Shown: one piece after another, positions 62,223 to 64,000 of the stretch
How positions within the stretch are numbered: position 1 is the first letter of the stretch
Layout: each line of letters opens with the position of its first letter
DNA from: Polyangiaceae bacterium
Lineage (GTDB): Bacteria; Myxococcota_A; Polyangia; Polyangiales; Polyangiaceae
Direction: 5' to 3'
Assembly: GCA_035063585.1 (NCBI GenBank)
Contig: JAPSGB010000013.1
Coordinates: 32,001-96,000 of the forward strand
DNA length: 64,000 nt
Notes under the pieces: model-generated
Database searches by the model: none
What the model was told of the DNA's origin: nothing
Seen by the model: the letters and a program-made list of their open reading frames with translations, nothing else
Translations under genes and position numbers: made by a program

Positions 62223-63173
62223 ATGGGCGCGCTGGCGGTCGCCCTCACGCTCACGCTCGGGGCGAGCAGCGCGCGCGCGCAGGCCTGCTGCACGGCCACG
62301 GGCTCGAGCGGCTTTGGCGTGGTCGGGCGATGCTACTTCGCAGCGCTCGCGAGCGAGCTGTCCTACGAGCGCGGCTTCGGCGCGTTCGACGCCAAAGGGC
62401 GCTTCGCGCCGCTATCGCGCGCGGAGGCCGACGATGTCGTGCTCGCGCTCGCCGGGGGGGTCCGCCTCGGCACCCCGATGCTCCAGCTCTACGGCAGCGT
62501 GCCGGTGCGCTTTCAGTACCGCGACCTCCACGGCCTCCCTGCAGCGAGCGCGGTCGGCTTCGGGGACTCCTCGGCGACGCTCCGCGCCATGACGCTGGAG
62601 GATCGCATGACCGGGATCGATCTCTCACGCCCCGCGACGCTGATACCGTTCGTCGAGCCGTTCATCGGCGTGCGGGTGCCAACCGGGCGCCCCGCGACCC
62701 GATCGAGCGAGCCCACCGGGGTCGACGCGATGGGAGAAGGTGGCTGGGCCGTCTCCGCCGGCGTGGCGCTCACCAAGTACGTCACCCTGAGCACGGCTGC
62801 CAGCGTCACGGCGTCTTACGGCAGGCGCTTGCCGTACTCGGTGGAGCGAGGGACGCGCTCCTCGAAGTTCCAGCCGGGTGATGAGCTCGACGTCCGCCTC
62901 GGCGTCGTGCACGTCTTCGACTTGCTATGGTCGGCGAGCGGATTCGTGAGCGGTCGATTCACGGCGGAGTCCAGTCTCGGAGGGGCAGGCATCCGTGATA
63001 GTCAGACGCGCCGCATCCGGCTCGGCGCCGGCGTCGAGCGTTACCTCGTGTTCCCCACCTGGCAGCTCGGCTTGTCGGCGTCGCTGGATCCGCCGCTCGC
63101 CGGCTTCGGCCAGAACCTCCCCTTCGCAGGCACCACCCTCTCACTGTCGATGCAGCGCAATTTCACCTGGTAG
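62223..63173 (+). CDS. Putative outer-membrane beta-barrel/transporter-like protein with N-terminal CC motif
   Basis: Signal peptide, then QACC. GFGD and RVPTG..G motifs, alternating beta-strands, C-terminal aromatic (FTW). Confidence 0.6.
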   Translation: MGALAVALTLTLGASSARAQACCTATGSSGFGVVGRCYFAALASELSYERGFGAFDAKGRFAPLSRAEADDVVLALAGGVRLGTPMLQLYGSVPVRFQYRDLHGLPAASAVGFGDSSATLRAMTLEDRMTGIDLSRPATLIPFVEPFIGVRVPTGRPATRSSEPTGVDAMGEGGWAVSAGVALTKYVTLSTAASVTASYGRRLPYSVERGTRSSKFQPGDELDVRLGVVHVFDLLWSASGFVSGRFTAESSLGGAGIRDSQTRRIRLGAGVERYLVFPTWQLGLSASLDPPLAGFGQNLPFAGTTLSLSMQRNFTW

Positions 63174-63177
63174 AAGC

Positions 63178-63543
63178 ATGGCACGACGGATCGTCATCTG
63201 GGCTCTCCTCACCTTCGCGGTGGCCAGCGCGTGCGCGCCGCCGGGGGGAGCGCCGCCCCCCGACGCGGCGCTCATCGAGGCCCGCTTGGCGCAGCCGTAC
63301 GGCGCCAAAGTGTTCAACTTGCGCTGCGCGTCCTGCCACGGTGAGGTCGGCAACGCGCCGGGGTATCCAGTCGTCATGGGGCCGGGCGCGCTCCAGGGCT
63401 TCGCGGACCAGGAGTCCCTGTGCGAATACATCGCGGCCTACATGCCTCCCGGCTCGAGCCGCCTGGCTCGCGAGGACGCGCAGGCGACCTGCGACTACCT
63501 GGGCCGGATCGCGCGCGTACCGCGCCGCGGCGGCGGCCCCTGA
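63178..63543 (+). CDS. Monoheme cytochrome c lipoprotein
   Basis: Lipobox ASAC, CASCH heme motif, distal YMP. Confidence 0.88.
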   Translation: MARRIVIWALLTFAVASACAPPGGAPPPDAALIEARLAQPYGAKVFNLRCASCHGEVGNAPGYPVVMGPGALQGFADQESLCEYIAAYMPPGSSRLAREDAQATCDYLGRIARVPRRGGGP

Positions 63544-63638
63544 GCTACCGCGCCGGACCGGCACCGAGGAGCTCGGAGCGGGCGCTGGCTCGGGATGGGG
63601 ACGCGGGCTAAGTGAGCGGTGTGAGCGCTCCCGTCGCG

Positions 63639-64000
63639 ATGACCGACGTTCATCGGCTGAACCTCACGTGGCTCGTGCGCCTGCGCTGGGCGATCATCGC
63701 TGGGCAGACGCTGACGGTGCTCGGGGTGCAGTATCTCATGCGGGTCGAGCTGCCGCTCCTCCCGCTCTTCGCGAGCATCGCGCTCGAGGCGGCAACCAAC
63801 GTAGCGGTGATGGTGTGGCTAGCGCGCCGCACCGAGTGCAGCGAAATGCCGGCCGCTACGCTCATCACGCTCGATCTCCTGCTCTTCACCGGGCTGCTCT
63901 ATTTCACTGGCGGCCCGACCAACCCGTTCAGCTCGCTCTACCTGGTCCATATCGCGCTCTCCACGCTGGTGCTCCGGCCACGGCTCACCTGGGCGCTGGT
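63639..64000 (+). CDS. RegB/PrrB/ActS-family redox sensor histidine kinase (3'-truncated by the window edge)
   Basis: Translated by hand: LVRLRWAIIAGQ...DLLLFTGLLYFTGGPTNPF (GGxxNPF quinone-site motif). Confidence 0.85.
   Translation, partial: MTDVHRLNLTWLVRLRWAIIAGQTLTVLGVQYLMRVELPLLPLFASIALEAATNVAVMVWLARRTECSEMPAATLITLDLLLFTGLLYFTGGPTNPFSSLYLVHIALSTLVLRPRLTWAL

Overview
Very GC-rich (roughly 70%+ by eye), gene-dense bacterial window of about 55 CDS. Gene content suggests Myxococcota, probably Polyangiales (inference): several eukaryote-like Ser/Thr kinases, Cys/Gly-rich lipoproteins, and fibro-slime and vWA lipoproteins. Much of it is housekeeping: dps, gcvPB, a CcsA/HemX-like gene with hemA-hemC, ttcA, astB, glyA, an M3 peptidase, ctaA-hemL, glyS-ppdK, hslO, thiC with a clear TPP riboswitch, SMUG1, lgt, and rseP-rsmB-dapA-dapB. 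Accessory items are an MNT-HEPN toxin-antitoxin pair, STAND-like proteins, and a YtkA-like lipoprotein/beta-barrel/cytochrome c/RegB-like kinase cluster at the right end. Most notable observations: (1) an orphan His-Xaa-Ser repeat peptide (54-aa leader + HCS(HGS)13W), resembling a RiPP precursor, with no maturase nearby; (2) a dispersed ~20-nt motif (GGTGYCGGNCCGGCGCGGRA) with at least 11 copies, almost all intergenic; (3) widespread TAnnnT boxes 6-12 nt before start codons, suggesting leaderless or short-leader mRNAs; (4) three 10-bp-phased direct repeats next to a STAND-wHTH regulator; (5) a RegA/RegR-like box upstream of the putative metal/redox cluster. I saw no rRNA, tRNA, CRISPR array or transposase. 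All family assignments come from motif recognition only; no database search was run.
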